Source: Rhynchobatus australiae (Eukaryota). Taken from it: a stretch of DNA of 64,000 nucleotides. A model generated the notes under the pieces. The model was not told the origin of the DNA. It did not search any database and saw nothing but the letters and a program-made list of their open reading frames with translations. Below are positions 35,632 to 49,300 of this stretch, piece by piece; within the stretch, counting starts at the first letter, position 1; each line of letters begins with the position of its first letter. The translations under genes were made by a program, and so were the position numbers. Location of the stretch: contig JAUZTB010000079.1 in the NCBI GenBank assembly GCA_034780895.1, positions 16,146,085 to 16,210,084 of the forward strand, in the 5' to 3' direction.

Positions 35632-38600
35632 TTCTAGACTTTTTGATCAAAGACAGCTCATAGTTTCTCAACTACCTATTGTTGCAGAGGGGTTATTTGA
35701 AGTGCTGTTAAGACCAGCATCAAAGAACTTTTTTTTAAGAGAAATCAAAACAGATCCGTGGAAGCAATGGTGAATGATTTTGAAATTCAACAGTGAGGTA
35801 TTAATGATGTCAGGCTCCAGCAGACACCTATCATTATCAGTTGCATATGACAATTGCAAAAAGATGCATCAGGTTAAAGAAATGGGCAATTAAACAATCA
35901 GGCAGCATGTTTGAATATATTTCAATTAATAAGTGTCATACCTCAATGGGGTGCATACTATACCNNNNNNNNNNTATTCAATAGTAGCTCACTCTCAACC
36001 CACACCTTGCCAAGTCTTCCTCAAAAATAAATGAAGATGTGTAAAATTTGGGAGATTTTACTATTTCATTGATCAGTTGTGAAAGCATAGAATCATGCCT
36101 TTCAGCCATTGCCTCAATGTCTCCATCACAACTTCTGATTCCAGCCACTGGTGTTTTTCCCACTTCATGTTCGTTGACTTGAATTTTACCAGGGTGTCTT
36201 GATTGTCAAGGGCAGTCTTTTATTTCACTTGACTTCTAGAATTCAGCTTTTGGGTCCATGTTTGGTGAACCAGTACTCCTCCATGTTGAATATCGCTGAG
36301 GGCATAAAATGTACTCTGCATGAGGTATTTCACTATCCTTGTGCTCAGTAGCACCACCACTGACTGAGAGGGCTGATTATCAATATAGCTGCTAGACTAA
36401 GCTTGAGGCAGTTGATGGGAAAGCCAATACAAGAGAAAAAAACTAGACTTTTTCACAAAACTCTTTGTCTAGCAGGAGGAGGGAGCTCCATAAACATTCT
36501 CATCCTCAATGAAGAGGTGACTAGTGGCGTGACTGGTGAAAAAAATTCTAAGAGTGTAAACGAGGGCAGAAATGAAGTGGAAAAAAAAACAAAGATAGGT
36601 TTAACTACATGCCAATGTTGTTCAGTCAGAGAGGTTCTATAGAAAGATATAGCCCAGGAATAGGCCCTTCAGCCCATTATGTCTGTGCTGACCACGATGC
36701 CAAATTAAACTAATCCCATCTTCAGCGGTTATATTGATAGGCAGAAATTCTGTGGACAATCTCCAGCGTCAACTGAGCACAACTAACTTTGGTAAAAGGA
36801 AACCAGCAAGACATTGTGACCAACAGGATCAGTTTCATTACTAAATCCATTCCCTGACAGATTGTGAAGTAAATCGCTTCAGCTTCCATGCATGATTGAG
36901 TAAAACACCAACATAAATGAAGAAACCCACTGCCTCCATAGAAGAAATAGAGTTATGTCTTCCTTTATCACTTTGCTTAACAAGGTCCCGCATGTGCTGT
37001 CCTCTTTTAAAAAAAAATGTGTAAAACCATGGAATAGCTTCACCTCATGGTTGCAAAATCAATGTATAGGCATATCAGAACAGCTTATGGCTGTTATTTC
37101 AATCTTTGCTTACAGAGACTGAAAGTTGATGCATCTTATTGACTGATGTTTTCAAGTGACATTAACTGATTATGCTGAACACTAATAAAAACTGAAACAT
37201 ATATCCCTGAACTGAAGTAAAACAAAAACCGAAAAATACATGCCTTGGCTGTACAGTATATGGCTCCACACCCACCTATGTGCCTGACTTAACCATCCTC
37301 TCTATTCAGTGGTGACAAGGGATGGAAAGTAAACACTGGCCTTGCCAGCAATGTCCACATCTTGTGACTGTGTAATAAAAGGAACTAAGTTGTAGGGTGA
37401 TGGGAATGAGCTAGATTCAGTTACAACTTCACATAGCCAGTAGGCTAAATGGGTATCTTTCGTGCTGAGATTAAATGATGATTTGAAGAATGTGTATATG
37501 TGGGTGGAAAGGGAATTGGCTTCAGTACAAGTGTGGCTGAAAGACAAGTTTCCCAATATCCACAGTAAACTAGTATGGGAAGACAAGTTGCTTATGTCTG
37601 NNNNNNNNNNNNNNNNNNNNNNNNNNNNNNNNNNNNNNNNNNNNNNNNNNNNNNNNNNNNNNNNNNNNNNNNNNNNNNNNNNNNNNNNNNNNNNNNNNNN
37701 NNNNNNNNNNNNNNNNNNNNNNNNNNNNNNNNNNNNNNNNNNNNNNNNNNNNNNNNNNNNNNNNNNNNNNNNNNNNNNNNNNNNNNNNNNNNNNNNNNNN
37801 NNNNNNNTATGCACCAAGTGGGCAAATATTTTTATAATGCAGTACATGGATTATTTTAATAGAGTCTTGGAATCACACAACACAGAAACAGGCATTTCAG
37901 CCCACTGTATTTTTGCAGGCCATCTCATGATTAATGTAATCATCATGAAGCATTTTCTCATAGCTCGATCTCTTTACTCATTAGCATTGCAACACACTAG
38001 GCAATGGGTTGAAGATAAACAATGTTTTGTAATTTAGTGTCTGAACTTGGAGATAGATTTGAATCACTTGTTCTTTCACTTGCACATCCACTAAATTCCC
38101 TGCCTCAATTAAAGCATTGAACATACTTGCAAGTGTTCATTAATCTCTGTATAATTGCACAGTGTTGTTTAGCTCATGGTCTTTTTCTCCTGAATTTTCC
38201 ATTTACTGCTCATCTGGAGAAAAGAACATTGTGGCACCTTTCATTTTCTGACAGATGGAAGAATTCACAGAAATAGTTATGATCCAATGCAGACTTCATT
38301 ATCCACTTTAATTTCACATTACATAAGACTTTTAATAATCATTTGAAACTTGCTCTATGTTTGATGCATACACAGAGGTTGTAATGTATTTGATTATCTC
38401 AGCCCCATAATGTTTTCTATTTACTTGAAAAAAATGGTTTGTAAGAAGCATTGTGCTGATGATTGGATTACCTCTGCAGCTGTGTACTTAAAACAGGTTG
38501 AGTTTAAAATGGTGCTAAAGTAGATATTTGAAAAATACCACACAAAATGTACTCTTCGACATTTAACTCTAAGTGATTCTAAAATGCCTCTGGTCACTTC

Positions 38601-40774
38601 CTTTAAAGTAAAATAGTTGAGAAGACATTTCAAGTGGCTCATTTGGTAACTTCATTTTCTATGGAGTGTTCTATCAAAATGTTTTAATTTTCGTTTAGTT
38701 ATTTGAATGCATTACCACAAGACAAAATGAATTTTTAAATAGTGGAGGAGATATAAGGGAACTAATGATTACGTGGAGTTTTGGGAGGGAAAAAACCCTA
38801 CGTGCCACCATCCCAATATCTGAAGTAAACTGTTTGTATTTAATGATGGCTTAAGCAGGACCAAGTCTAAATGTAAATTACTCATAAAATGATTTATTGA
38901 TGTTTTAATTCAGTCAGAATTGTTTTTGGATGGAAATTGTATGGAGAATGCAGGCAGGAAATACAACTTACCTGCTTATGATGCCCATAATGTTTGCTGC
39001 ATTATCCAGGCTTGTTTTTGTGCTGTATATTCTATGCATAAAACTTTATGTGTAATAGTAATCACTTTATGGTTTTTCCTATGCACTCAATCTTTGATTA
39101 TACTTTTCTCATAATGAGCATAAATGGTATTGCAGCTATCTTTGTTTATATTTCATTTTACACTGGCACAAGTTTGTGCACCCAGATAGAAAGATCACAG
39201 CTGCAGCATGGTATATTTGTATCAGAGGACAGACAGTTTTTTCAGTATGCTACTATTTTAATTACAATGTTTAAATTTCTTATTGCTCCATCAGATGGAG
39301 AGAATTAAAAAGTAGTTTTATTCAGGAAGAGTATAGATATGTATATGGTATGTAACTTTACATAATTTCCCTGCATCCTAAAATAATCCAATTTTGTCCC
39401 TCATTCAGTCTAACTCCTATAAAAAGTACTCCAGCCAAATAAGAACATAGAAGTGCATCTGGATTTGGAGCATTAGAGACTGTATGATGACAATTTATCT
39501 ACATTCTGTCGAGAGAGTTTTGCAGGAGGATGTGCAGGTAGTTCTGTTATAATGTGATAATTACATTCCTGAGAAACCTAGTGTACAGAAAGTCATGTTA
39601 TATCAGAGCAGGCTTTAGCTGCCTTCCAAACACAGATTCAAATGGGTTTTCCCAATTACGATCGCACTGTCCCAATGTGGCCCACGTAATGCAAATAGTG
39701 TTCCCTAATTCATCAATCACATTATANNNNNNNNNNNNNNNNNNNNNNNNNNNNNNNNNNNNNNNNNNNNNNNNNNNNNNNNNNNNNNNNNNNNNNNNNN
39801 NNNNNNNNNNNNNNNNNNNNNNNNNNNNNNNNNNNNNNNNNNNNNNNNNNNNNNNNNNNNNNNNNNNNNNNNNNNNNNNNNNNNNNNNNNNNNNNNNNNN
39901 NNNNNNNNNNNNNNNNNNNNNNNNNNNNNNNNNNNNNNNNNNNNNNNNNAACTATGCTATTTGACTTAACTACCCCCTTGTTTGATAACATTTGAGAATC
40001 GTTACAATTTGGGACTTTTTTCCCCACAGGAATTTTGATTCCTTTTTCTTTCATTAGTGCTTCAGCCCAACACTGCAAGCAAAATACTCAGTCAGAAATT
40101 TTGGCATTCAAGTATCTAGTAAATTAGATGCAAAAAGTTCTGAATGTAGCCATGACAATCCCAAACTGTCACAATAGAAAAGAAATAACAATGTCAAATC
40201 TGCTGTAACAAAAGGTATTGTATTGCTCAGTTCTAATATCTACCAGAAGACCAGCATTTGTATTTGTATGCAGTCTGATTTTTGAACCAATATAGGATGT
40301 AAGTGTTGTTGGTGAAAGAGAATATATGTTTTCAGGAGCAGGGAAATATGAAGGCTGCGAAAAATAATTTTTGTTTCAAAATAAGAACTCTAGAAACTAA
40401 TGTCTAGTGAAATATTTTGATTGGAACTTTGTTTTCCATTGAAGCCCCAACTGTTGGAAAACATCTTACAATGAGCTTTCTTTCATAGGAACCCNNNNNN
40501 NNNNNNNNNNNNNNNNNNNNNNNNNNNNNNNNNNNNNNNNNNNNNNNNNNNNNNNNNNNNNNNNNNNNNNNNNNNNNNNNNNNNNNNNNNNNNNTTAAGC
40601 AGGTGGCATTAAATAGATGTAAAAATAAAGTTCCCTGAACTCTGCAGGAACATTGTTCTTTTCTCCCCAATCACTTAGATATCAATTTTCAATTTTTAGG
40701 GAACCAATTTATGGGAGTGAGATGACTGATTTACTGCCAAATTAAGAGCAGCTTTATACTATCTGACTTCATTG

Positions 40775-40985
40775 TGGTGCAAGTAGTAGAGATGCTGCTT
40801 CATGGCTTCAATGACTTGGGTTCAATACTGACTTCTGGTGCCGTCTCTGTAGAATTTGCATGTACTCCTTGTGACTGTGGTGGGTTTCCTCCAGCTGCTC
40901 TGGTTTACTGCCGTTTACCAACATCTTGCAGGTTAGTAGGTCATTTATCCAATGTAGATTGCCCTTAGTGAGTGGTAGAATCTGT
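40775..40985 (+). mobile_element. V-SINE (HE1-like), truncated by a CR1 insertion
   Basis: tRNA-like head gtggtgcaagtagtagag...tgggttcaatact; V-domain gaatttgcatgtactccttgtgactgtggtgggtttcctcc. Confidence 0.8.
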
Positions 40986-40987
40986 GT

Positions 40988-42402
40988 AGACTCATAGAGC
41001 AATACAGCATGGATACAGGCCATTCGGCCCAACAAGTCTATGTTGACCACGTGGCCACCCAACTAGTGCCAATTTCCTGCGTTTGGCCCATATCCCTCTA
41101 AGCCCCGGCCCTCCATGTACCTATACAAGTGCTTCTTAAATGAAACTATTGTACCTGAGATCGNNNNNNNNNNNNNNNNNNNNNNNNNNNNNNNNNNNNN
41201 NNNNNNNNNNNNNNNNNNNNNNNNNNNNNNNNNNNNNNNNNNNNNNNNNNNNNNNNNNNNNNNATGTACCTATACAAGTGCTTCTTAAATGAAACTATTG
41301 TACCTGCCTCAACCTCTGGCAGCTCGTTCCATATACTCATCACCTGCGTGGAAAATGTTGCCCCTCAGGTCACTTTTAAATCTTTCCCCTCTCATCCTAA
41401 ATCTATGCCCCCTAGTGTTGGACTCCCCCACCCTGAGGAACAGACTGTTACCATCCACCTTATCATAATTTCAAACATTTCTATGAGGTCACCTCTCATT
41501 CTTCTACGTTACAAGGAATAAAGCCCTAGCCTGACCAACCTCACTCTATAACTCAGCCCTCTAGTCTTGACAACATCCTCGTAACTCTTTTCTGCACTCT
41601 TTCCAGTTTAACCATGTCTTTCCTGTGACATGGTGACCAAAACTGTACACAATACTCCAAGTGCGTCCTCACCAATGTCCTATACAACTGCAACATAATG
41701 TCCCAACTCCTGTACTCAGTGCCCTGACTGATGAATGCCAGTGTGTTAAACACCTTTTTTACCACCCTGTCTACCTGTGACACCACTTTTAATGAGCTGT
41801 GCACTTGTACTCCTGGGTCCCTCTGTTCCATTACACTCCCCACTGTCCTACCATTCATAGTGCAAGTCCTACACTGGTTTGACTTTCCAAAGTGCATCAC
41901 CTCACATTTGTCTGTATTGAAATCCATTTGCCACTCCTCAGCCCGCTTCCCTAACTGATTTACGACAACCCTCTTCCCTATCAACAACACCTCCTAATTT
42001 CGTGTTATCCGCAAACTTACTGATCGAGCCTTGTGCATTCGCATCCAAATCATTTATATAAATAACGAATAACGAGGGTCTCAACACCGATCCCTGCAGC
42101 ACATCACTAGTCACTAGCCTCCATTCCAAGAAACAACCTTCAACCACCACCCTCTGCTTGCTACCTCCTAGTCAATTTTGAATCTATCTAACTAGCTCTC
42201 CCTGGATTCCATGGGACCCAACTTTATGGACCAGCCTACCATGCGGGACCTTGTCAAAGGCCTTGCTAAAGACCAAATAGGCAACATCCACTGCCCTACC
42301 CTCATCTACCTTCTAGGTTATCTCTTCAAAAAACTCTAAAAGGTTCATCGAGCATAGCTTTCCATGCACATGGCCATGCTGACTCCTCCTAATCAGACTC
42401 TG
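40988..42402 (-). mobile_element. CR1 LINE, 3' 1.4 kb of ORF2 plus tail
   Basis: QGSVLRPSLFVIYINDLD...KFADNTK (41938..42150); WQMDFN.DKCEVMHFG...HLEYCVQFWSP...LERVQKR (41553..41990). Confidence 0.95.
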
Positions 42403-44544
42403 AGAAAGCCATAATCAAAATTTCAGCATTTAAATATGTTTGATAATTTTACAGAATATAATAATGAAAATAAATATTTGAAAGTATTTCACTCTAACAG
42501 TTTCTTTATCTTAAATCAGGAACATGTAAATAATTGTTTTTTTTGTCCCAAGCATAGAAAGGTGAATCTTGATCTTTTTTCCATGTGCATTAATTGCTTA
42601 TTTTATTTGAGAAATTAAATGACTGTTTCATAACAAGCAACTATAAAAATTGATTCACTAAGGTGTTGGCATGCTTGTTATTGTTGATTGTTATTCGGTT
42701 CGTGCTAAGAGTTTGTATTTAATAAAAGCTATGACAATTTTATTCTTTAAAAGAAGCAATTGAACAATTGTATTCTATCAAGCAAAACAGCTAATAGTAA
42801 GGAAGCTAATGGCTTCTAATTTCCTGGCATCTGCCTCTAGAACATCATTGTAGCTTTATTAATAATATGGTTAAAACTATTTTCTTCTGTATTATACAAG
42901 TGTCAGATGTGGAGCAGCACTAAAGAAATTTCAATACTTGTTTTCAAATATTTGCATCTAGAGTGAACTGTTGGGTACTTTTGAACTATGTTTCATTTTG
43001 CGGTAATGAGTAATGTATTAATTAACAGAAGCATTGTAGGATGTTGTTACTTTGTTAGTCATGTTTGTTGATCTGCAAGATAAATTGAGGTGTCCCTAAA
43101 GAAGANNNNNNNNNNNNNNNNNNNNNNNNNNNNNNNNNNNNNNNNNNNNNNNNNNNNNNNNNNNNNNNNNNNNNNNNNNNNNNNNNNNNNNNNNNNNNNN
43201 NNNNNCACTCTTCTGATTGCTTAGGTAAAGCAGTGACTTGGTCTCCCATTTAGATCGTCATGCATGATTCATTATTTTGTTTGTTAAGATGGCTGTGTGT
43301 TTTTAATTCTAATTCGCTGCCTTTCTCCATTTTGTCAAGTAAATACATATATTCATTTCAATCCAATTAATCTTGTATCTTGGGCTACCAGAGCACTGTG
43401 TTCCATATTTTTACAACTTTCTGCTTGGAAGATGTCTCCTTGGACTTGCATTGTAACCATCTTGGAAATCTCAATCTGTTCCCTTTGTTCTGAATTTTTC
43501 TTTGACTTTGGAAAACTTGATTGAATCACCTTTTCAGTGTTGTAATTCGCAACACTGTGACGCTCTTTTTTTGCCATGGAGTCTTGCAAGGTGATCACAT
43601 ATCTTGGCATTTTTAGCTCCTAGTTTCATCCAGGCTTCAAAATATTCTCTGTAATTACCAGAACATCAAATGAATCTGTGCTGATTGTACTATTTCTATT
43701 TGTGGTATTTTGTTAAATGCTTCCCTACTTATGCATCTGTTTACTAGTTAATGGGCCATCTCTCTGTGAAAGTTTCCATTTCTCTAAATTTATTCCTTTA
43801 CCTCCCTCTGTGTCTTATTCACATATGAAAAGCTTATTCTTTTGCTCTTTATCCACTTCAATGCTTGCCTTGTCAGTTTAAACCATTCATTCTGTTGTTC
43901 TGTTTAACTTTACCTTTGTTATGAGTTTATTGCTGGTTTCATTTAGAAGAAGCCTATATTATCTGTACATGTTCTACCTTTCCAGGCCGACACAGTCTGT
44001 AACTCTCTTCTGCCTCATCTTAAAGTTATGACCTTTCTGAAGTTGGTCTGAATTGTAAATTGCATGAATTCATGCAAGGATATGATGTACTTTAAGAATG
44101 TGATGTGCCCTCTTGTTGATGAGATTAAAATTACCATGTAATGATGCTATTTTCTGTTACAGTTATAAAGTTGTCATTCAGAAGAATGCAATCATTGCAG
44201 TGTGTCTGCCAAATTAAATATTCTGAAATGCGGTTTAATTCACTTGAGAAATGAACTTTTTGCTATTTGTAATAGAGGACATGGAAGGACAAAAAAATGA
44301 GTTGTAAAAATGATCAGAGGTTCTATAGAATATATGGATTCTTGTCAATCTAATTTGGAGAGCACCCAGGTAGAACCTTTGGAATGGACCAATACTTTGA
44401 TACTTTGGAATTTCACTTACTTACCTTTACTGGCAGGGAGATGTGAATCAAAATTTATCCTTCACATGACTGAATGAATAGGGTAAAAAATGAAACTGGT
44501 GAAAATTGTATGTTTTGAGATTGAACGTTCCTTTATTTTTATGG

Positions 44545-44955
44545 GAATATATGAGGATGTTAACAGGACTGGAGAATTGTGATTATTAGGGAAAATTGGA
44601 TGGTCTCAGTTTGTTTCCTTTGAGTAAGGAAAGAGCACTGAAGGGAGATTTGATTGACATTTTGCAAACTAGGGGGCTTAAATAGAGTTGTTAGGAAGAA
44701 CTATTATTCCTGAGCAAATAAGTCAAAAACCAGGTTTAAAGCAACAAGTAGAAGGATTAGAAGGGAGTTGTTTTTTTTAAAACCAGAGAGTAGTGTAGCT
44801 TTGGAACTCACTGCATGAAAGAATGATAGAGACAGAAACTCTTGGCATTTAAAAAAATACTTGGATGTGCACTTGAAGTGCTGTAACCTACAAGGCTACA
44901 GACGCAGATCAAGGAAATAGGATTAATATGGATAGCTCTTTATCTGTCCAGCATG
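44545..44955 (+). mobile_element. Degraded CR1 3' fragment
   Basis: ctgaagggagatttgattga (LKGDLI), tggaactcactgc (WNSL), tttaaaaaaatacttggatgtgcacttg. Confidence 0.65.
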
Positions 44956-46236
44956 GATTGAAAGGCTATCCCACTTCTGAGGAAATGCAGTATGTCAGAT
45001 TTAAATATCAGTAAGATTAAAGTTGCATAGGATTGGATGTGAGACGTTCATAAATGCAACATTCTTAATTCTGAAGGTAACATTTTTTAGTCATGAAATA
45101 TTAAGGCTATGATTTATATAAATTAAGATCATTCCATGAAAATAATTGCAAGAAAGTTATTTTTGGTTCAAGATGTTTTTCATATGATACCCTCAGTGAA
45201 TTTTAGGGATTACGTGGCTTGAGAGCTAAAGTGACCCCTATTAAATGTCAATTTTCAGGTGTTTAGCAACATTACTCAATAAGTTTTTTAAAGCTTTGCT
45301 TATTTAATCTTATTTCAGTTAACTATTTGATGTCCAGTGTGAAATCCTGGTTAAAAAAATGAAAAGAGCATATCTGAGAGTTAATTTGCAACATAATTAT
45401 TTGAAGAGAAGCTCTAATATGAGAAGAAAATGTAATTTCTAGATTTTTCAAAAACTTTATTTGCTTTGGTTGATTTCAAATATGATTTAATGAAAATGAG
45501 AGGCAACAGATTTTTGAAAATATGCATTCAAGCAACAATTGGTTAAATGAAAACACGTAGACCATTTTGGTAATTGGTACACTTGAGCAAGTTTGGGTAT
45601 CAGTTAGATTGAGAATTTATGGTGTAATATTCAGCATTAGAACAATTTATTTCAAATTAGACCTGTAGCTTTGAATGAAAACAAATTTCAACAAAATAAA
45701 ACATTTTCATCACCTTATAAATGGATTCATTTTANNNNAAGTATTCTGTTGCTAGTAATGTAAACTCAGCAGTCTTGATTCCATGTATGTTAATGCTGAT
45801 AAACATTCAAGAACAAGAAGTCTTGCTTTTCAGTACTCCAGGTCTACAGTTTTCAACTTGTGGATCATGTGGCTAGATAAGTAATAGGTCAGATAACCAT
45901 AGGTTTAAGTCAGCCTGCAGTATAACTTACATGCTGGAGTGTATGATCAATTTATCTGGCAGTGTATGGTGTAATAATGGTGGATTCTACCTGCAGATTA
46001 ATTAAAGTACTAACATTGTTCTGTGTCTCCCAGTTTATGGAATCCCTGTGGAGGTGTAGGTCACTCTGAATTATATCACATTCCCAGCTGGGGATTTGGG
46101 CTGGAGAGGAAATAGAATTTTGTAGATAGATTTAAAATTAAAATCAAACTGATTAAATTTTGGTACTCCTGTGTCTAAAGCAAAAGTTCATTGTTTATTG
46201 CATCCTTACTTATGGAATATTTTGTTCCATTTGCAG

Positions 46237-46353
46237 GTATGAGTTGACACAGATCATCAGTTAAGAACCTTGTAGTGGATAAGATGGAGGTTAATCAATG
46301 ATTGTATAACAATGCAGTGAACAAGGTGTGTTTCATGAGTAGATCTATGAAAA
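46237..46353 (+). other. PEAK1: 5' UTR part of the first coding exon of PEAK1
   Basis: Pyrimidine-rich acceptor tttgttccatttgcag ends at 46236, 117 nt before the ATG. The boundary is inferred from the motif only. Confidence 0.65.
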
Positions 46354-49300
46354 ATGTCCGCCTGTAACACCTTCACTGAACACGTATGGAAACCTGGTGA
46401 ATGTAAGAACTGTTTTAAACCCAAGAGTTTGCATTGTTTGACTACTGCTTCCGAAACTCCTCCTCGTTCATGTAACAATTTAAAAACTAATGCTAACCAT
46501 AGTAACAACCAGCGGGGTAGGTCAGGCACTGGTAACTTTCGACCTCCTGTTGCCAAGAAGCCAACAATTGCTGTGAAGCCCACGATGATGGTCACAGATG
46601 GACAAACTGTGAGTGCAGAAATGGAGACAATGGAAAGCTGTGAAAATAAGCATATGTTTGTAGGATGGAATAGGAATGGTGTTGTAATCAACAGAAAATT
46701 AGTGAACAATAATAATAATGAAGAGAGCAGCAGCAATTCTCAGAGACCTTGTGGTCCAGACAGAGTTAGTAGTAATAAGAAACCAAACAATAACAATAAT
46801 GGATTAACTGATGTATTGAAAGAAATTGTTGGATTTGAACCTGAACCACACTTACAAGACAAAGAATGTGACAAAGAAACCTTTCTCGGAAGGATCAACA
46901 AATGTTATCAGCGCTCGTTGGAAAGGAAGCTTCCTCCAAGCTGTATTGTGGCAGGTATGAAAGAGAATGCAGGGAAGCATGTTGTGCTCAGCAACAGCTC
47001 AGAGGTTATCAGCAATGAAGGAGGTCTCTTCTGCTACCCAGACTGTTCTTTCAGTAGTGATTGCAGAGTAGATAATGATTCAAGTGAGAATGTGACAGAA
47101 GAACGAGAAAGTTGGGATGAAAGTGACGAAGAGCTGTTGGCAATGGAAATACGAATGCGTGGTCAGCCACGTTTTGCTAATTTTAGGGCCAATACGCTGT
47201 CTCCTGTCAGATTCTGCAGTGACAAAAAGTGGAACACAGTGCCATTACGAAAGCAGTCCCTACTGAGAATTTGTGCTGTTGACTATGATGACAGTTATGA
47301 TGACATCCTAAATGGATATGGTGATGAAACCTTGATTCCTTATGGCCAGGATAGTTTGCCAAGTGTTTTATCTTCTGAATCAACATCTCCTGATTCATCG
47401 ATGACAGAGGGATCTCAAACAGGAACGACAAAAACTGCACACCAACGGCTTTGCAATGGTGAGCCAGGTGACTGCAAAAACACCAAATCAATTGAACCAG
47501 ATTATGAAAGCATCAATGAAAATGAGCAAGTTCCCCAAATAAAGCAGACTCCATTTAAACCAGCAAGAGGCACTGCAGTAAAGTCTCTCGAAACTCATAA
47601 GGCAGTTCTTGCTTTGAGGTTGGAAGAGAAGGATGGGAAGATAGCCTTACAAAGTGAGAAGCAGGATTTAGATATAAGTTCTACAGACAGTTCTGGGCAA
47701 ACTGTAACGATTAATATTATCCCAAAGGAAGAACAAGCAAAACCATATAGAGTTGTAGACTTGGAACCACCAGGTATGTGCAAACCATATACTGTAGTTG
47801 ATGTCTCAGCAGCAATGAACAATAAAAAATCCAGCAGTCCACCTGAATTGCTTCAAGGTCCAAAGACTTCACCGATGAGTACAAACCCACCAACACCACC
47901 TCCAAGCCAGATGAACAACCAGAAAAAGTCAAGTATCACTAGATATCAAGAAGTATGGACTTCCAGCACAAGCCCTCGACAAAAAATGCCCAGAGTTGCT
48001 TTAATGTCAAGTGGTTCTGGCCCTACACCACCACCAAGACAGATTACACATAAATCTGCTCCTACTTCACCAACTAACACAAATATTACTTCCAAAACTA
48101 TTCCCGTGAAGTCGCCAAATCTGTCTGAAATCAAGTTTAATAGCTACAACAATGCTGGGATGCCCCCTTTCCCTATCATCATACATGATGAGCCAACATA
48201 TGCACAGAGCTCAAAGCACAAGGCTATAAAGGTACCAATAGTAATTAATCCAAATGCTTATGACAACTTGGCCATTTATAAAAGCTTTTTGGGTCCTAGT
48301 GGACCACATATGAAGAAGGAGACTTCAGAAAATATGATGAACCATACATATGAAGAAATTGGATCAGCAGAAAAGAAATCTGCAGGTTTACCGCAAGCAA
48401 AAGCTCCAAATACCAGCACAGAACGAAAGGTGCTTGGCACGGTTGCACAGAAAGTGCAGGAATTTAACAATGCACAAAACAAAGCACAAAACCTGTCACA
48501 GTCCTCACCTCACAAAAGCTTTGGATCCAATCAGTGCTCTCCTTCTAGAATTCAGCGATCTAATCACAATTCGCCATCCAGAAAGGAAGAAACACCAGAA
48601 AGGCAGAAATCATCAGCAGTCAGAGAAAATGCCAATGCTGTACTTTCTCAAATTGTTGCATCCATTCAGCCTCCACAGCTGCCACCTGAAACTCCTCAGA
48701 CACAATCAAAATCTAGCAGTGCTGAAGAATTATACTCTCAACCTCCTGGCATCTCAGAAGGCAATGGTGATCCTTATACTCGGCCAAAGTCATTATTCTC
48801 CACACAGGCAAACAGTGGAACAGAAGTCTCTAAAGTAATGGACAGCAGTGTTACCAAAGGGCAGAAAGAAAGTATTCTTACAAAGCAAGTTACTGTTCCC
48901 ACATCTAAACCAGGTACAGTACAATCACCTGGTGCAATTAGTCTGAGTCCGAAGAATGAACAGCTGCCTCCATTTCCACCACCACGTTCAACATCATCCC
49001 CTTATCATGCAAGCAACCTTCTGCATAAACATTTCAGCAACTGGGGGAAACCAACAAGTCCTGTACGAACAACTGAGACTGAATGTCCAATGTTGAACCC
49101 AGAGAGTCGCCAACGCTCACAAGAGTCTAAACCAAAACGATGGATATCTTTCAAAAGCTTCTTCCGTCGTCGTAAGACTGAGGAAGAGGAGGAGAAAGAA
49201 AAGGACAAAGACAAGTTAATTGGATTGAATGGACGGGTGATACATATGCTGCCACCACCACCCCTACAACGACTGTGCAGTGAACAGAAGATATTAGAGC

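Noticed and set aside
39535-39960. Possible DNA-transposon terminus (caggtagttctgttataatg) and a 136-aa ORF
   Set aside because: The matching end would fall in the N gap, and the ORF is half X with no motif.
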